From NCBI GenBank assembly GCA_012295275.1, contig CM022670.1, forward strand, positions 28,706,001 through 28,770,000: a stretch of 64,000 bases of DNA, in the 5' to 3' direction. Every line of letters begins with the position of its first letter. The first letter of the stretch is position 1. Made by a program: the position numbers and the translations under genes. Source of the stretch: Chrysomallon squamiferum (lineage: Eukaryota > Animalia > Mollusca). This document shows, piece by piece, positions 1-15,906 of the stretch. The notes below the pieces were generated by a model. The model saw only the letters and a list, made by a program, of their open reading frames with translations. It had not been told where the DNA came from and did no database searches.

Positions 1-1111
1 ACTGAGTTTATTGAATCAGCGGTTACTCTGGTATTGAAATATTCATCTTCTATACTTAATGGAGGTGCTTCTGAATGAAACAATTTGTACAATATTTATC
101 TGTGATTAGTGCATTTCCTGTAGAACCATCATATGGGTAATGACTCTGAACATGAGATGAAGTGGAACAATCACCAGATGTCAAAAGATAACAGATTTAA
201 ACAAACACCTCATGCCAAACACACACACAAACACACACACACACCTATTTGCTTAAATTTATAATAATAATAATAGTAGTAATAATCTTAAAAAGATTTT
301 TTTTAAATTTCATTCCATATTCGAAATATAATGCAAGCAAACATTAATCACAAACAATACATTTAATAACTTGTGAATAATGATTACAAACAGCAAATGA
401 CATACAACAGGTCAAATTATTTCCCTTCTGTAATTATCAACATCTCTCTTGGACTGTGAACCCACTTTTCAAATATACACACACATATAGGTACACGTTA
501 TAAAATGAAACTGACATTAACTTCTCTAAACAAATTCATACAAATGAAACCCATGAACTTTAAATTAAAAAAACAGCCACAAATTAGAAAATGGAAATGA
601 ATTATGTGAAAACAGAATATGATAATGAAATAAAATATTTTATATGTTCAACCAGCCACAGAGAGACACACAGACAGACAGAGAGAGAGAGAGAGAGAGG
701 AATAAAGAAGTATAATTCTCAAATATATATCATACATTCTACCACAAACCAAGAAAAAAACCTGTCATTACAATATTTATCACTAATATTTAAAAAAAGA
801 AAGTGCATGTTGATTATACTTAGGTTTTATTAAATGTTTAAGCAAATAGGATATTAATATTGAAAATTACTTGAGTAGAAAGTGTTTTGTATGTGCATTT
901 GTTGACAGATATGACTCTACATAACATGATATTTAATTAACTTCTCACAAGGCAAAACCTTTAAACATACAATTTTACCTTCCAGTATATTCTAATTTCT
1001 TATTAAACATTTTAAAACTAAACATAAAATTGATCTTTAAATATTTGTTTTACCTGCATTGGGGACTGCCTCCTCATACTGCTGAATTAAATTTTTTATA
1101 TATCCATCCAT
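1..1111 (-). CDS. 5' coding exons of an unidentified gene running off the window start (exons 1116-1054 and 70->1)
   Basis: tttcag|gtagaATG acceptor at 1117, G|gtaaaac donor at 1053, tttcattcag acceptor at 71; the phase-1 join gives MDGYIKNLIQQYEEAVPNAE-APPLSIEDEYFNTRVTADSINS. Candidate upstream donors at ~2338 (CAG|GTGTGA, in frame) and ~2641 (CAG|GTAAGA, probably UTR). Protein not recognised. Confidence 0.55.
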
Positions 1112-3214
1112 TCTACCTGAAATCAGATAATGAAATTAAATACAAAAATAATAAATAAACACAAACTCTATAAGTTTTTAAATGAATAAATGTAATAACT
1201 TAAGTGAAATTAAATAATGAAATTAAACATCAGAATTACAGATAAAACAATTTTACACAAACTCTGAAAGGTGTTTTTTTGCACAAATTTAACAGATATC
1301 CTAATATTATTATGTTCAATTTTCTTTAGGTATTCAACCAATTCTTAATATTTTTAACATCAAAGATTGAAAGAATGTTTAACAATACTTTAGCAAAAAA
1401 ATTACTAAGATACTATGTGTCATTTGAAGGTAAATACATGTATATGTTATAAGATGCAGCAAAAAGGATGTGCATGAAAAAGATCTGAGTAAAAAAAGTT
1501 AATTAATAAAATATTTCAATCTAAAAAACAGGGTATAAATAAAAAATGATTTAATTATAAAAATATTTATATCATATTATTTTTTCTGTATTGTTAGAAA
1601 TATTCCCCATAAATCTGTAAATGTTTCCTATGAAAAGAATATACTTGAACATCTGTATATCAAATGACAGTATACTTCACAGAGAATAAATTATATATCA
1701 ATATAATACTTACATCAATTACTATAAAATAATGAAGACAATTACTATAAAATAATGTACATTATAAATCAATTCCAACCATTGTTGAACAATTTTAATC
1801 TTTTTCACCTGTTGTAGACAATTAACATTCTGATGCTATGAAAATAAAGTTTTGTTTATAACATTTATATATATAATTAGGTCGTTATATATATATATAG
1901 GCGGTTTTGTAAATTGTTGTTTTGACTGATTTCATACCTGTGAACTTGGAAAATTAATTGACAGCTACAATGATAAATAATAAAAATGTTCATTACTGCT
2001 TAAATGAACAAATGTTTATTAATATTTGGGGTTGCTTATTCAAATAGTTTTTAATGGTAAATTTTAATTTAAGAGACAGGACAGGATTTTTGTGGGATAC
2101 AGTTATAGGATACGTATTTAGCCGATTTTGAGTGTGTGCGTGTGTGTTTTGTGTTTTACTGTCTTACTAATGTGGGTTTTTTTTTTTTTGAAACGGAGAC
2201 GTTGAAGTAAATTATAATCAATGTGATTACATAACTCAATAATAGTTATTTCATGAGCATCATTCGTACAAGAAAACAACAGTGCTACCATGTAATTATA
2301 AAAAGAAAACAAAAAAGCATGATAAACGTGAATCACACCTGAATGGAATGTTAAGTCTTCATCCTTAAAACAATATTTATACGAATATGAAGACCAAAAC
2401 AGGAGATCAGGTAATTCTGCTCTATATCAATTTCATTTTGTCTTACATAATAAGCCGACTGAAATTCAATAAAATTATCTTTGCTCTATATCGTAGCAGG
2501 ATTATTCTCTGCAAGATTATAACGTCACAGTCATTACGTGATTAACATTTATTTACGAACCGTCGACCGTGAGTGGGAAAAATGAAAAATGTTCGTTTTT
2601 TAACGTCGACTTTTACAGTGCACCGTTTATAGTTTTCTTACCTGAATGACGACTTAATATTCAAATGCTGGATTTAAAACCTGGTCTTCGTTACGGAAAT
2701 TTGTTTTTGCAATTTTCTCCCTTTGTAGCCGGTGAATGAAGACACATGCGTTGGAAATGAAGGGCATAGAACAGTTATCCAATCAGCATCTGGAATTATG
2801 ACCTATTCCGCATCATCTGAGAGACTTTGTGTATCATGTGATCGCTTATTTGCATATTACCGTATTAACTCCAAACATTTAAACTTTCATCCCTTTACGT
2901 AACAGATTTGTATTTTACATTAGAGTGACACTTGCATGATCGATCAATCTGAAATTATTCATTTGTTTCGTTTCTTGAAAACTTAATAAATTATATTTTG
3001 AAAATAACCAAAAATATATTTTTAATCATTAATCTATAACATGAATGTTAGAAATAAATAAATAAATTTATTTATTTAATTATAATATTTTAAATTATTT
3101 AATTTGTTAATTTTATCCTGGAAAATTAATAATACGGACTTTTCAAGAAAAAGGGAGAAAAGCGAAAGAAACCTGCTAATATGATGTTTAACAGTTAACT
3201 GCGTAAACTATGAT

Positions 3215-3265
<51 letters not shown>

Positions 3266-4188
3266 CTTGTCCTGTCAGTCATTATAATCACCGCGATAAA
3301 AATGCCAAAGTGAGAAAAGATCATCGAGCAGTACGTTACATATAAACTAAGCATGGAACTGCTGATTAAAACCTAGAAACATCTTAAAATCAGACTAGGC
3401 CTGGTTAAATACTGAGATACGTAAATTTTATATAATACATTTGTTTAAAAATATTTTTATTTTTTATTCGTTTGTTAGTTTGTTTCTTATTCGATTATTA
3501 TTTTGTAAAAATGAAAGTAAAATATCGGACATAAACGAACACCTACACATACATGCGAGCGCGCGCACTCACTCACATGCATCGTCAAAAAATCTTCCGG
3601 GAGAACGTGGGCTATTAATGCAAGTTGTTTTGTAATTTTAGTCAGTTACGTAATTGTATATATTTGTAGACTTTAGTAACTAAATAATTAATTCAATTTT
3701 CAAACTTTTAAAATACTTTACATTTGTATTTTTTAAATATATATTAAGATATTTGCTATTAATTAATACAAACGTTAGTACTAACATTTTCAGGCATGAA
3801 TTTATATTGAGACAGAGTGATTAATTGCAAGAACAATCTTCTAACTTCTAAGTCTCCCCCATTAGTCACTTCATTAGTCACCTCAAAGGTGTATAACTGG
3901 CTTATCAAACCTTTGTAGCACTATGTGTGTTTTAGGACCATTGGGAAGGTGCACATGAAGTATTTTATGATTTACGTTTAATTCCACTGTTATAAATGGC
4001 AGAATCATTGACATTGTATAATTATGTAAAAACTGTGCATTATAAAATATGTGTTGATGTGTGGTTAAAAAATAATTCAGCCACTCATTCATTCGTTTAA
4101 TTCACCTGCACTTTCTTTTGTACGAATTATGTAGGCCTGGTTAGTGGGTCTTTATCCTCTAGGTACATGCTCTTAAATAGTTGTATTA

Positions 4189-4299
4189 GTTGCTAGGTGA
4201 AAGCGTCCAAAGGTATGAGGTTGTCAAGTGCTGAAGTCACGTGATCAAACAAAAATGGCTGACACCTCCATACTGTTAACATCAAGCTGGATTATCGAG
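4189..4299 (+). promoter_or_regulatory. Probable TTLL7 promoter and first (5'UTR/uORF) exon
   Basis: Partial X-box-like GTTGCTAGGTGA (4189-4200), E-box GTCACGTGAT (4236-4245), YY1-like AAAATGGC (~4252) and donor GAG|GTTAGT at 4299; divergent from the minus-strand gene. Confidence 0.45.
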
Positions 4300-6069
4300 G
4301 TTAGTTTTAGTTTCTTATTTATTACACATTTGTTTATTACAGTTTTTCACTTTAACAATATATTCCTAGAACCTTTTGGTATAAGACTGTTTAAAAAGAA
4401 TAGCTCACATAGGAGTTAAGAAATGAGTTTACTCTTACCAGTGGCAGAGGCAATGACTAATCAAATAAATCATATTTCAATTTCTTTCTCTTTTTTTTTG
4501 GCACCCTTTTCTCCTAATTATTACATCTAAATAATTTTTACGACTGTAAATAATAATTGTTTTTATTTGCCAAATCGACCTTTCTGTATAGCATTTTTAA
4601 CACGTAACACATAGATGACCAACTAATGAATTATTTTTTTGTATCACTGTGTGTGTATATATATCTATGTATACATGTCTAAAATAAATAAAAAAAAAAA
4701 TTAAAAAATAAAATAAAATAAAATAAATAAATAAATTCATATTAGATTTAATCATTTTAATATTATAAAATAATAATGAGTATTGCAGATACATAAGTTA
4801 GAAATCAAAATGGAAATATTTAACTGCAACCACAGTTCTAATTTAATTTTAAAACAGGTTGGCCTATTCTTTTTATCTTGATTTAATTCTAAACATATTT
4901 TGTAGATAATAAAACAAAATATTTTGGTGAAAATTAATAGGCCTATTGTAAACATTAAATTCATTTGAAAAGACCAAATTTGTCACATGCTGTTTTATAT
5001 ACAATTACCAAAAACGTAATACATCAAAATGATTTGTAATCTAAATAAATAATAATAATAATAATAAAATAATAATAATAAAAAAATAATAATAATAAAA
5101 TAAATAAATAAAAATAAAAATATATAAAAGATCCCAGCTAACAATAAAATTAAGAATTTAAAAATCCCCTCCAAAAAAACCAAACTTTCATATATAATTT
5201 CTCAAACTTTTATAATATTTTAGAAAACATATAAAAAATATAATAATAAAATAAAATTAAAATTTAAATTTTTGTTTTTGGAAGTATTACATAGAAATAA
5301 CTTTATGAATGTTATGAAAATAATATGGCCTCACTATAATAACATGCAGTCTTTATGACGTGTTCTGAATGTCACTGTTCTTTACATAAGCCTTAGATCA
5401 ATAACCTGTCAACGTTAGTGATATATTGGCTACTTTGTCCATACCACTAAGTCTAGCACTGCTAACTTAACTTAAGACAAAAATCTATTGATCGCTTTGT
5501 TTAACAGAGCACATTATATATATATATATATAATAAAAAATCAACTAACTATGATTAATAAAAAACTGTACATTTAAAACAGTTAATATTTGTATTTTCT
5601 TTTTCAAATTTACCAGTCATCAAAAACATAAATGAAATAGCAGTTTCTATTTTGTTTTTTAATCCCCCAAAACTCCCCTTAAAAAACAGAATGAAACAAA
5701 GAACCAAATAAATATAAATTAAAACAAATAAATACCTCTTGCCTCCAAACATTGGATATAAAGGAATTCACAGAACTGTAAAACTCTAAAATGAAATCGA
5801 TATAATTGAAACTATTATGTGTTAGGTTTTTTATTTTAATTTGACCAAACATTATTATTATTATTTTTTAAAATATTTTTTGAAGCAGAACATTCAATAT
5901 TGGTTAATTGCATATTTATTTACTTACTGCCTCTGAGGATTTTAAAAATCCATTTTAACTTTTTAGTGAAATTACATTTACATTTATATTGTTTTTGTTA
6001 TATAATTTATCTTGTGAAAATTGTTCATGTCATTGTGTTTTAATTAATTAATTATTATTAATAGTATCA

Positions 6070-6113
<44 letters not shown>

Positions 6114-6610
6114 TTTCAGAAATGTTGACTTACAGAAGAAAATTCAGGATTGATCTAAATCTTTGTGACATTTTGCAGTTCACCAATCAAAATCTCTGAC
6201 AAAGATTTTATTTTATATTCAGTTTTATTAGCCCTGCATTTCTGCATGAAATTTAAAAAGAAAAAAGACATTTTAAAACCACAGTACTTGAAATTTAAAA
6301 AGAAAGAACAATATAAAATCAAATTTTGGATGCATGATTTCAGTAGCAGTCTGCTTGAAGGATTATATGACATCAGATGGATATTTCAGTAAATAGAAGG
6401 AAAAAAGAGAATATAGCATAAACAGTGAAGGGAGAAAAAAAATACATGCATAGTTTGGAAGAAAATATTTATAGTTGTGAAGTTTACAAATACTTTTGAT
6501 AGTTCTGTTGTATGAGTAATAGTTTTAAACTGTTTCTCAGTATATGTGTGTTCTAAGTATGTTGATAATTTATGAGATGAAATAATTTTGTATTCACTGA
6601 ATCTGAAATC

Positions 6611-7174
6611 ATGCCTGGAATGAAACAAAGTGTTTCCCTCACATCTTTGTCATCAGTTGATAGATCAGGTGAGTAATTAACAAAATAATATTTTTTATTC
6701 TTTCTTTTTTCTTGTACTTACAGTATGTTGTCAAAACAGCTAAAATGCTTTTCTTATTTGTTTTGTTTGTCTTCTTTTTTCTAACCTTTTATTTATTTAT
6801 TTATTTATTATGTCTCTCTCTCTCTGTATTTCTATCGCTCACTTTTTCATTTATCTTCTTTTTTTCATTTAATTTTGTCCCACCCTAACAATCCATTTTC
6901 TCTCACATTTCTTTTTGTTGAGGATATAACATTTTAGATACTTCTAATATATATATTGTTTTTAAAAGGTTAATTTATTTCCATTTACTTTTTAAATTTT
7001 AAATTGATACCTTTTTTTTTTTTTTAAATAATTGCTGCTATAGTCATCTAAATAGCCAAACTTACATATTTTATAAGTCCGTTTTGTGTCTCTGTGTCTC
7101 AGTGTTTGAGTTTTAAACAACATGGACTCATTACCTGCTTAGTTACAAAAATGCACGTGTAATATTTTATAGTT

Positions 7175-7218
<44 letters not shown>

Positions 7219-10200
7219 CAGTGATTTTGTAAAAAAAATCAGGAAGAGAAGATTTAAAAAAATTAAGAGGAATTAATCTCTTTTAATTTTAATTACAAAT
7301 TTTAGTCATGAATATAGAAAATTATAAGTATTCATTTATATCCTAAATAATCCTTTGTAATTACAAAATAAAATATCAACCTTTCTGAGATTATGTAATA
7401 ACAAAATAGGAGATTTTTGTTAATACAAATACCAGTTTTATCACTCATTGGTAGATTGTAAAATAGACAATTTACTGTAAAATATACTTTACTTTTAACA
7501 TATCAAATAACTAAAATTATTTTAGAAATATTGGCAATAATGTTATGCTTGTAGTAATTTATAGTTTGCTTTAGAACATTGTTCTGGATAAATTTTAATT
7601 GTGAAAATTAAAATAATTTAAATCATATTCATGTACAAAAAATATAAAATAAAATAAATTCTCTTTTAGCATACGTTCCCTGATATTTCCATCAAGTTGA
7701 AATGATGAATAAATTTTCATTATACAAATTCATATATATGAGTGATAAAAAAGGCTGAAAATTCTGTCTTTCATATATGATATATAAGAGAGTGAAAAAA
7801 TAAAAGAAGAAAAAAAGGAATGAAAATCAGTGAATGATAAATTGGATATTTTGTTTTATTTCTTTCTAAGGGGTTCTGTTGGTAGTGTAAAATTGTCAAG
7901 AATGTGTGTGTTTGTGTCTGTGTATTCTTTTTGCTGATGTGATTGTATATGTCAGTGAACGTGCATGTATATATGCGTGTATATCGCTGTATATATCTGT
8001 GTGTGTCTGTCTGTGTGTCTGTGTATTTATTTTTCTGTATGTTTGTGTCTGTGTATTTCGTTTTGTGTATGCAATTTAAATAAATATACTTCCCATTACA
8101 CTGGATGTTTCAGTATATAAGAAAGATAGAGAATGTTATACTTTTAATCCAAACAGATAATGAAGGTTAACATGGAAAAGAGTTTAAATATTTATACAGT
8201 TACATTTCGTCTCTAATTATTTCTGATCAGGCAATGCTGTTGACTGGTTTTTTTCACAGATCAAGAACTGCATACGTGTATACATGTATATGTATGCATC
8301 CTGAGAACATTTCATTTTGATTAGTGATAATTTCTAAAATGTAATGTCATCACAGATACAGTTATTTGAGAAGTGTGTAGCGATCTCTGAAATTTATATA
8401 GTGATTTGGAAAAAACAATGTTCACTGGTAAGTGCATAGGTATTGTTTTTGTAGTGTGTGTGTGTGTGTGTGCGTGCGTGTGTTTTGTGTGTGTTATATA
8501 CATTGGACTTGAAACAAAAATTCACGTGAGATCAACTTGATATGCCATTTTAGGCAAAGTGCTGATTTCTAAAAATGAAACTGGAATATGTTTTATTATG
8601 AATGCTACAATTAGTTGTCTACGGAATGTCAGCTGAGAAATAGTCTGTCACTGATGATGTGGCCTCTATGTTTAACATGAGTTGCAAAAGTCTGCTTTCT
8701 GTAGTAGCAGCAAAAGATTTAACTTGCTTTAAGAACATCAATGTATGAAAGTATGGTCATAGGTCACTGTACGTATTGATAGTCTATTTTGATTTTTTAA
8801 TTTGCCAGTCATTACTCATTTTGAAATGTTGGTTTTATGCAATTGCTGGTAATGGTCATTACATTTTAAAATGTCATATACTGTTGGTCTTCCTAACTTA
8901 AATTGCATAGCTAAATCTTTCTGCTTATACAGAGATTCGATATGTTACCATTTCTTTAGGTTGCTTTGCCATTATGACGAATTCAATAATAAGATGTAAA
9001 ATGTGTGACAAATGTATTTATGCAGACTTCTACTTTTGACACTGAATCGAGATGAATGAATTTGCTTATAATAATCTTGTAATTACAAAAATATAGAATC
9101 GTTGTTTATTAAGCCATCAGTGAAGTGTTATCGTTTCATCTTATATGGTAGCCTAATCACATGTAAATTGCCATCACTATTTAAGAAGTGATCATACTTG
9201 TAAAACTGGTGTGGTGATGTTGATAAAGTTAATTTACTGTATGAATAGTTTTTTTCTGGAATTTACACCTGTGCAGCATCTGGATTAGACAAGGTTTTGT
9301 TCATAATTGATTATTGATAGCTGGACAGGACTTTGAAATGGCCCCAGTTTATAGAGAATTCAAGATTAGTCAGAGGCCAGTTTTTACAAAGTGTATGTGT
9401 GTGTGTGTTTGCATGTGTATGTGCATAGAACAGTATATATATTTATAATATAACTGGTAAAAAGGACCTTTATTATAAAGAATTAAAAATCACAATTGAT
9501 AACTAATCTATGGTTCACAAAAATCAATTTTTTTATGACAGAGATTCACATTCAACTGGATAAGTATTTATAAATAAAAGCTGTTCTAGAGTTTATCTCA
9601 ACTGAGTGTATAAGCTTGGTGTAATGGCTGAAAATTAACTCAGAGCTTAGTTCATGTGTAGCAGGATCAGTTGTGAGTTTAGTCTTTGACACTAGATACT
9701 TTGAATTTTTGGACTTATTTATGACTGTTTGTGTCAATCACAGAATATTGGCCATCTTGAATACATACAGTAGTTTGATAATGATTGTTACGTTTACTTA
9801 AAATGAGTTGATTTGCTTTGTAATTCAGTTTAATAAAGCTATAATTGAAGATATATCTACAATTAAATATGTAAAGAAACACTGGCAGTTATGAAGTATC
9901 ATGACATGAAATTTTTGTATTTATGCTTATTAAACAATGATGCCATTTTCTGTTCATTAATCATATTTTTAGATATCAGCAAATCATCAATATTGTTATT
10001 TCACTGGGAGGCTTTTGTCCTGTGTTGATTTTTCACTGGGTGTTGTTTGTTCTACCTTGCAAACCCACTTTGGGAGGGCTTTTGTAGACTGTGCATTTTT
10101 GAACTGTGGGCTTATGTCCTACATTCATATTTTTCAACACTGATTAAATAAATAAATATTATATTTATTTTTGCAATTATATTCTTTTCATAAACTAAAT

Positions 10201-13200
10201 ACAATAAATTGTTCAATATATTTTTTCAGTATAAAGTAAATATAATTAATAATTTTAATTTAATATATGTTTTTCAAAACAAAAGAAATACAATTATTTT
10301 ATGATTTTTAATATATTTCTATCCACCAAAATGATTATTATTTGTAATCAAATTACACAGAATGTAATAAGATAGCTACAAATAATTTTTTTTTGAAGAT
10401 TTAATACATTTTTTCAAACCTAAAGTAAATTTAATTAATATTTTAAAATTTAATATTTATTATTTTTATTTTATGATTTAATATGTACTTGTCAACACAG
10501 AATAAATAAAATTAATATTTACAATTTAATCTGTTTTACAACAGATGTTAACATGAGTTATCTGACTCCATGTTTGAAGAAAAACAGTGCTGTCAGTTCC
10601 CATGCACTCCGAGAAGATGACCACAATGGATCCACCCAGTTTAAAAACATCCACCCCTCCGAAGTCTACAAACGTGATGTCAGCAAAAAGAAAAAAAGGA
10701 AAAGGCATGTAATAACAGCTAACTTAACTGGAACAAGATATGAAGTTGGTGAGTAAAAGAGTTTTAAGATTTATGTACAAAACAATTTGTACTTAAGAGT
10801 CGGTGTCATCTGCAGTGAACCCATTATGTCAGTTCACATACATCTGAGACAACTCAAAGCCATTTGTTTTGAAATTCACATACCTAAATCTGAGACATCA
10901 GTGACAGTTCACACACCCTATCTGAGACAACTTAAAACCATTATTTTGACAACTTACACCAGTATTTGAAGCACATTATTTGTGAAGGCTATTACAACCC
11001 TGTTTCAAATAGCTCTAGTATTTTAGATATCTCATGTACTTTATTTGAGAAAACTCCTATCTAATTGTTTATCCATATATCCAGAATATACTGTACCCTA
11101 GACAGCTTGTACATGAATAAACAATTTATTCCCAACAGGCAAGACAATACATTGTTTGGGAAAATATTCAAATCTGTTATTTAAGATGGTTCAGTTAAAG
11201 AGTTTATTACCAGTAATGTTTGTTTATTAAATATATTTTACAGTAATTTGAATAAAATGTATTGGTTTTTACTCTAAAACTGTTGAAAAATAATTTAAAT
11301 TAGAGTTTCAAAAATAAATTTAATGCTGAATTTTTTGGAGAAAAGTGATGTAAAATGACTGATTTTTATTTTAATATATTTTATATTAATTTCAATAAAA
11401 AAAAAAAAAAATGAAATAATAAATAAATAAATAAATAAAAATTCATAAAAATTCCCAAGAATTTTAAGAAATTAAAATATTACTTTTTATTTCAAATCCA
11501 TTCATATTCCCATTTTATTTTTTTATTTTTATTAAATGATTTAAATTTTTATCTGACATGAAATTCAAGCATTATTTGAAGAAAAAAAAAATGACATTCG
11601 ACACCTAAAATAAAAGCCAAGAACTGCTTTTGAAAAATAATAGTATTACTGATTAACTGAAAATGTCAAGTTGTGTGATAATTAAAACATTTTTTTTATT
11701 ATTATTTAATTTAAATCTGAATTTTTTTGTTTTCTCCATAACATTGACAATACTGAAATTACAGAATCCTGGTAAAGTGATCAAAATAAATCAATCAGTA
11801 TAAAATAGAGTAAAATCCTTTTAGAGTCAATGGTGGTTTTATTTATCTTAAATAAAGAAAGAAAATATAGTGGTAAACAAATTTCTGAATAAATTATACG
11901 TATACTAAAACATTTGCTTGAAGTTTAATTAAAACAATGGTTACATGAATTGTATTAAAAAAGTTGAAGAAATGTTTTTGAATTTCAAAATTAGAATACA
12001 AGAACGATATGACAAAGAGCTGGATTAAAAACTGAATAAAATAATTGGTGCATTAACAATTGGTAATTAACTTTTAATTACTGAAATTTTACACCTAGAA
12101 GTTAATTGTCTGCAGTTTGTTGAATGATAAAAGGCAATGTGCACTCAAATACTGGCTGACTGTCTTGACTTAAAGATCTGTGTATATATAACATGGATAC
12201 AGTGTGAAACACACATGATATGTATATGATGGCTGTTTGTGTCTGTTTGTAATAAATAATGTGTAAGTGTCTTGTGTGTGGCTCTTTGTATGGTGTGTTT
12301 ATGCAACATGGAGGTTTGTATATTCATTTCTTTTACCATGATGTACTCTCTCTTAGTCTTTCTCTATATTTCTCCATTTCTCTTTTTCTTTCTCTTTCAC
12401 TTTACCATTTTTTCAGTGTGTATTATATTTTATTTGAAAATAATTACTAAACTGTATTTCTTTTTGTTTGTTCTCAGTACGTCAAATGGCAGAGAAAGTT
12501 GGTTTCACAATTACTAAGGAGGATGATATGTTGAGGTGAGTGATTGATTTTTTTTTAATAACTTTAACACCTGGTCAAAGATTATAAACACATCACTAAT
12601 GAAACCAACTGTAAATTATGTATGAACTTTTTTTCTTTTGTTTCATGAAAACTACTAATCAGAAAGAATGTTCTACCCATTTGTCTGTCTGTGCAACCAA
12701 AAGAATATTTCTTTATTTATTTGTTTTTTCCATCCATCTTCCATCTATTCATATATTCATAAGTTTACCTACCCATTCACTCTTCCAGTCAAATGTCCAT
12801 CCATAATTTTCCTATCCATTTTTTCATTCATCATTTTTTATCACCATTCTAGCATCCTCTGTCCATTTGTAAAATATGCCAAGAAATAAATATTAATTTT
12901 ATTTCTATTGATTTCTCATAGCAGTTATTAGATTCACAGAGACTAGATATACTCCTCTATCATTTCACAATTACTATCATCATACATTATTAATAAATGG
13001 TACTTCTTTGCTTGTATAGCTGAACAAATAGTTTGCACTTTATTTCAGTACAGACTAAAGCACACATCTAAATAACTTATTTATCTAAGTTTATAATGAA
13101 AGCATCTAAATAATAGTTTGGTATAACTTAAGTATAGCATAATGCATGTGTCTCAATAATTTATTTTCCAAACTAAAGTGTAGCATACTGCACACCACTA

Positions 13201-15859
13201 AATTATTTATTTTTCAAACTTAAGCATAAATTAATGAAAACATCTAAATAATTTATTTTTCAGCTTAAGTATAGCATTGTGCGTGCAACAAAATAATTTA
13301 ATTTATGGCACAAAAGATGATAGATTATTAGTAATAAATGTATTTACTGTTTGGTATGTTAGGACATATGGCTTACAATACAAAGTGTAGACAAGTGCAA
13401 ATAATATGACGTACATGTCAAAACAGTTTATCTTGCTTACAATTTAGAGAAAGAATCATGATGAATTAACGAGTGTCCTTCATTACTTTATTTTGTTAGG
13501 ACATTTGGTTCATAAAACTATTTTAATAAGATATATAATTTGATACCCATATAGTTTGAATTTCAAGAATTGAATTTGCATACATTTAAATGCCAAATTA
13601 TTAATAAATAGTTCTTGTTTGCTTGGTACAGTATTTATAACAGAGTATTTAAACATGCTTATAGAGTGTAATTTAATTCTATGCATATAAATAATTTTAT
13701 TTGGTTTTTATTCTTATAATGAAAAAATATGAACAATTATTGATAAATAACCTTTTACTGTTTTTACTATTAGGAGATTCTAACTCAGTTTAATATCTAC
13801 ATATGTTCATTCAATATATAAATAATTTAATATACATACAGTTCTGACAACAAAATCTAACAGAATTAAGAAACATCTGATGGTGGTTTGCTATGGATGT
13901 CCATTTTGGTCACAATCCGATATTTAGATTTGCACATGATAACACAGAAACATCTAAATAGTGTATTTAACATATATCTATTGTTATGAAAATCACCTTT
14001 AACATTTCATTGCACTGGACAATTGGGTTATAATTCACTGTTCTAATATACAAATTTTATGTATCCAAGTAATTTAACATTTTTGGCAAAAATGACAAGC
14101 AAAGAAATAAGAGATAAATTATTTAGAAAGATACATATAGTAATCTCCTTTCAGCCTATATATAATAATTATATATATATGTCATGTATGACATTTACTG
14201 GTTTATTTTATATATTTCATATTTAATTAATATCACTTGATTATAAATATACTAAATTACAATCCTAATGGCTAACTGTATCTAGCATGAAACCCACACA
14301 GATACTTATATAATAATTAAATTTCCTAGATCAAAATAATGAAAAATTTGAAAATGGCTAAAATGATTTCTTAGCATTTAATTTTAATAATAACTTTAAT
14401 CTATTTTTCTTATCATATGCATGTCTGAATTTTATTTTATTTATTTCTTTCTACTTCTTACTTCTTCTTTGATACATTTGATGAATACTAATTCATACAT
14501 ACCTACTGTATATTTTTAAATATATTTTTGTTTGTTTTATTATGTAAAATGACATAATTAGCCTATGCTACAATTCATTTAATAATTATCTCTCTTTCTT
14601 TTTAATTATAATATAATATTACTAGGTATATATGTTATCATGATAGCATATATTTTTTCATTTTAGTCTAAAATATTAAAGTGATAATTCATGCATGCAG
14701 TGATAATATTTTGTTTTTAGCTATGTTATATGGAATGATAATTTCATTTCGATGGAGAGAATATCAGAACTGAAACCATATCAGAAAATCAACCATTTTC
14801 CAGGAATGGGAGAAGTAACCCGTAAAGATTCTCTTGCTAGAAATTTTATGAAGTAAGCTTGTTATCTAAAATTAATATAATCACACACACTCAGATACCT
14901 TGATATGTACAAAAATATATATTAACATATGTATACTGGTACATATTCTCATACAAACACACACATACACATGATCTATGACAGATATTTTTATATGCGA
15001 AAAAAAAAAAAAAAAAAAAAAAAATTCTTAGATGTAATAACATGTTCTATAATTTTGTTAATATATTAAAATAATATGTAAAATATTCACATATTAAAAT
15101 TAATCCATATCAAATTACATTTACATATACATAAATAAACATATGCTCAAATGCATATATTCTTAAACAGGCAACAAACACACACACAATTGATACATAT
15201 ATATAGGGACACTCACAATCATTCATATAGTAACATGTTTTACAAATTATTATTATCTTTTTTATGTTAAAGTAATATATAAAATATCATTCAGATATTT
15301 AAATCAGTCCATATACATGTGCCACATTATCTATTATCATGTATGTACTGAAATATCTTCTTTACATTCATAATGCAGCTTCAATAAACATGCACCACAA
15401 TGCAGATGCAAAACAGGACATAAATATTTAGTAACAGATATGCATAGATACTTCACTTACTGAACTATTAACATTCACAAATGTTACTAACATTTATAAT
15501 AAATAATAACATGATTGTTTACCCACAGAATACAGAGAGCTTTTCCTGAGGATTTTGGTTTTGTTCCAAAAACATGGATTTTACCTGCAGAACACAGTCA
15601 ACTTCAAAATTATGCCAAGGAGCTAAAAGCAAGGAAGAAAATAAAAACATTCATTATAAAACCAGCAAATGGTGCACAGGGTCATGGGTTAGTTTGTTAG
15701 CAGTTTACAGATAGGTTTCAGACTAAACTAAATATTGTTGAAATGTACTGTAGTTAAAAAAAATATGACTTATTTTTTTTTTTTTTTTAATTTTTAATTA
15801 TACATTCTAATAATACTAAATAATGTAAATAACCAGAAAACATGAACAACAACAATGAC

Positions 15860-15906
<47 letters not shown>

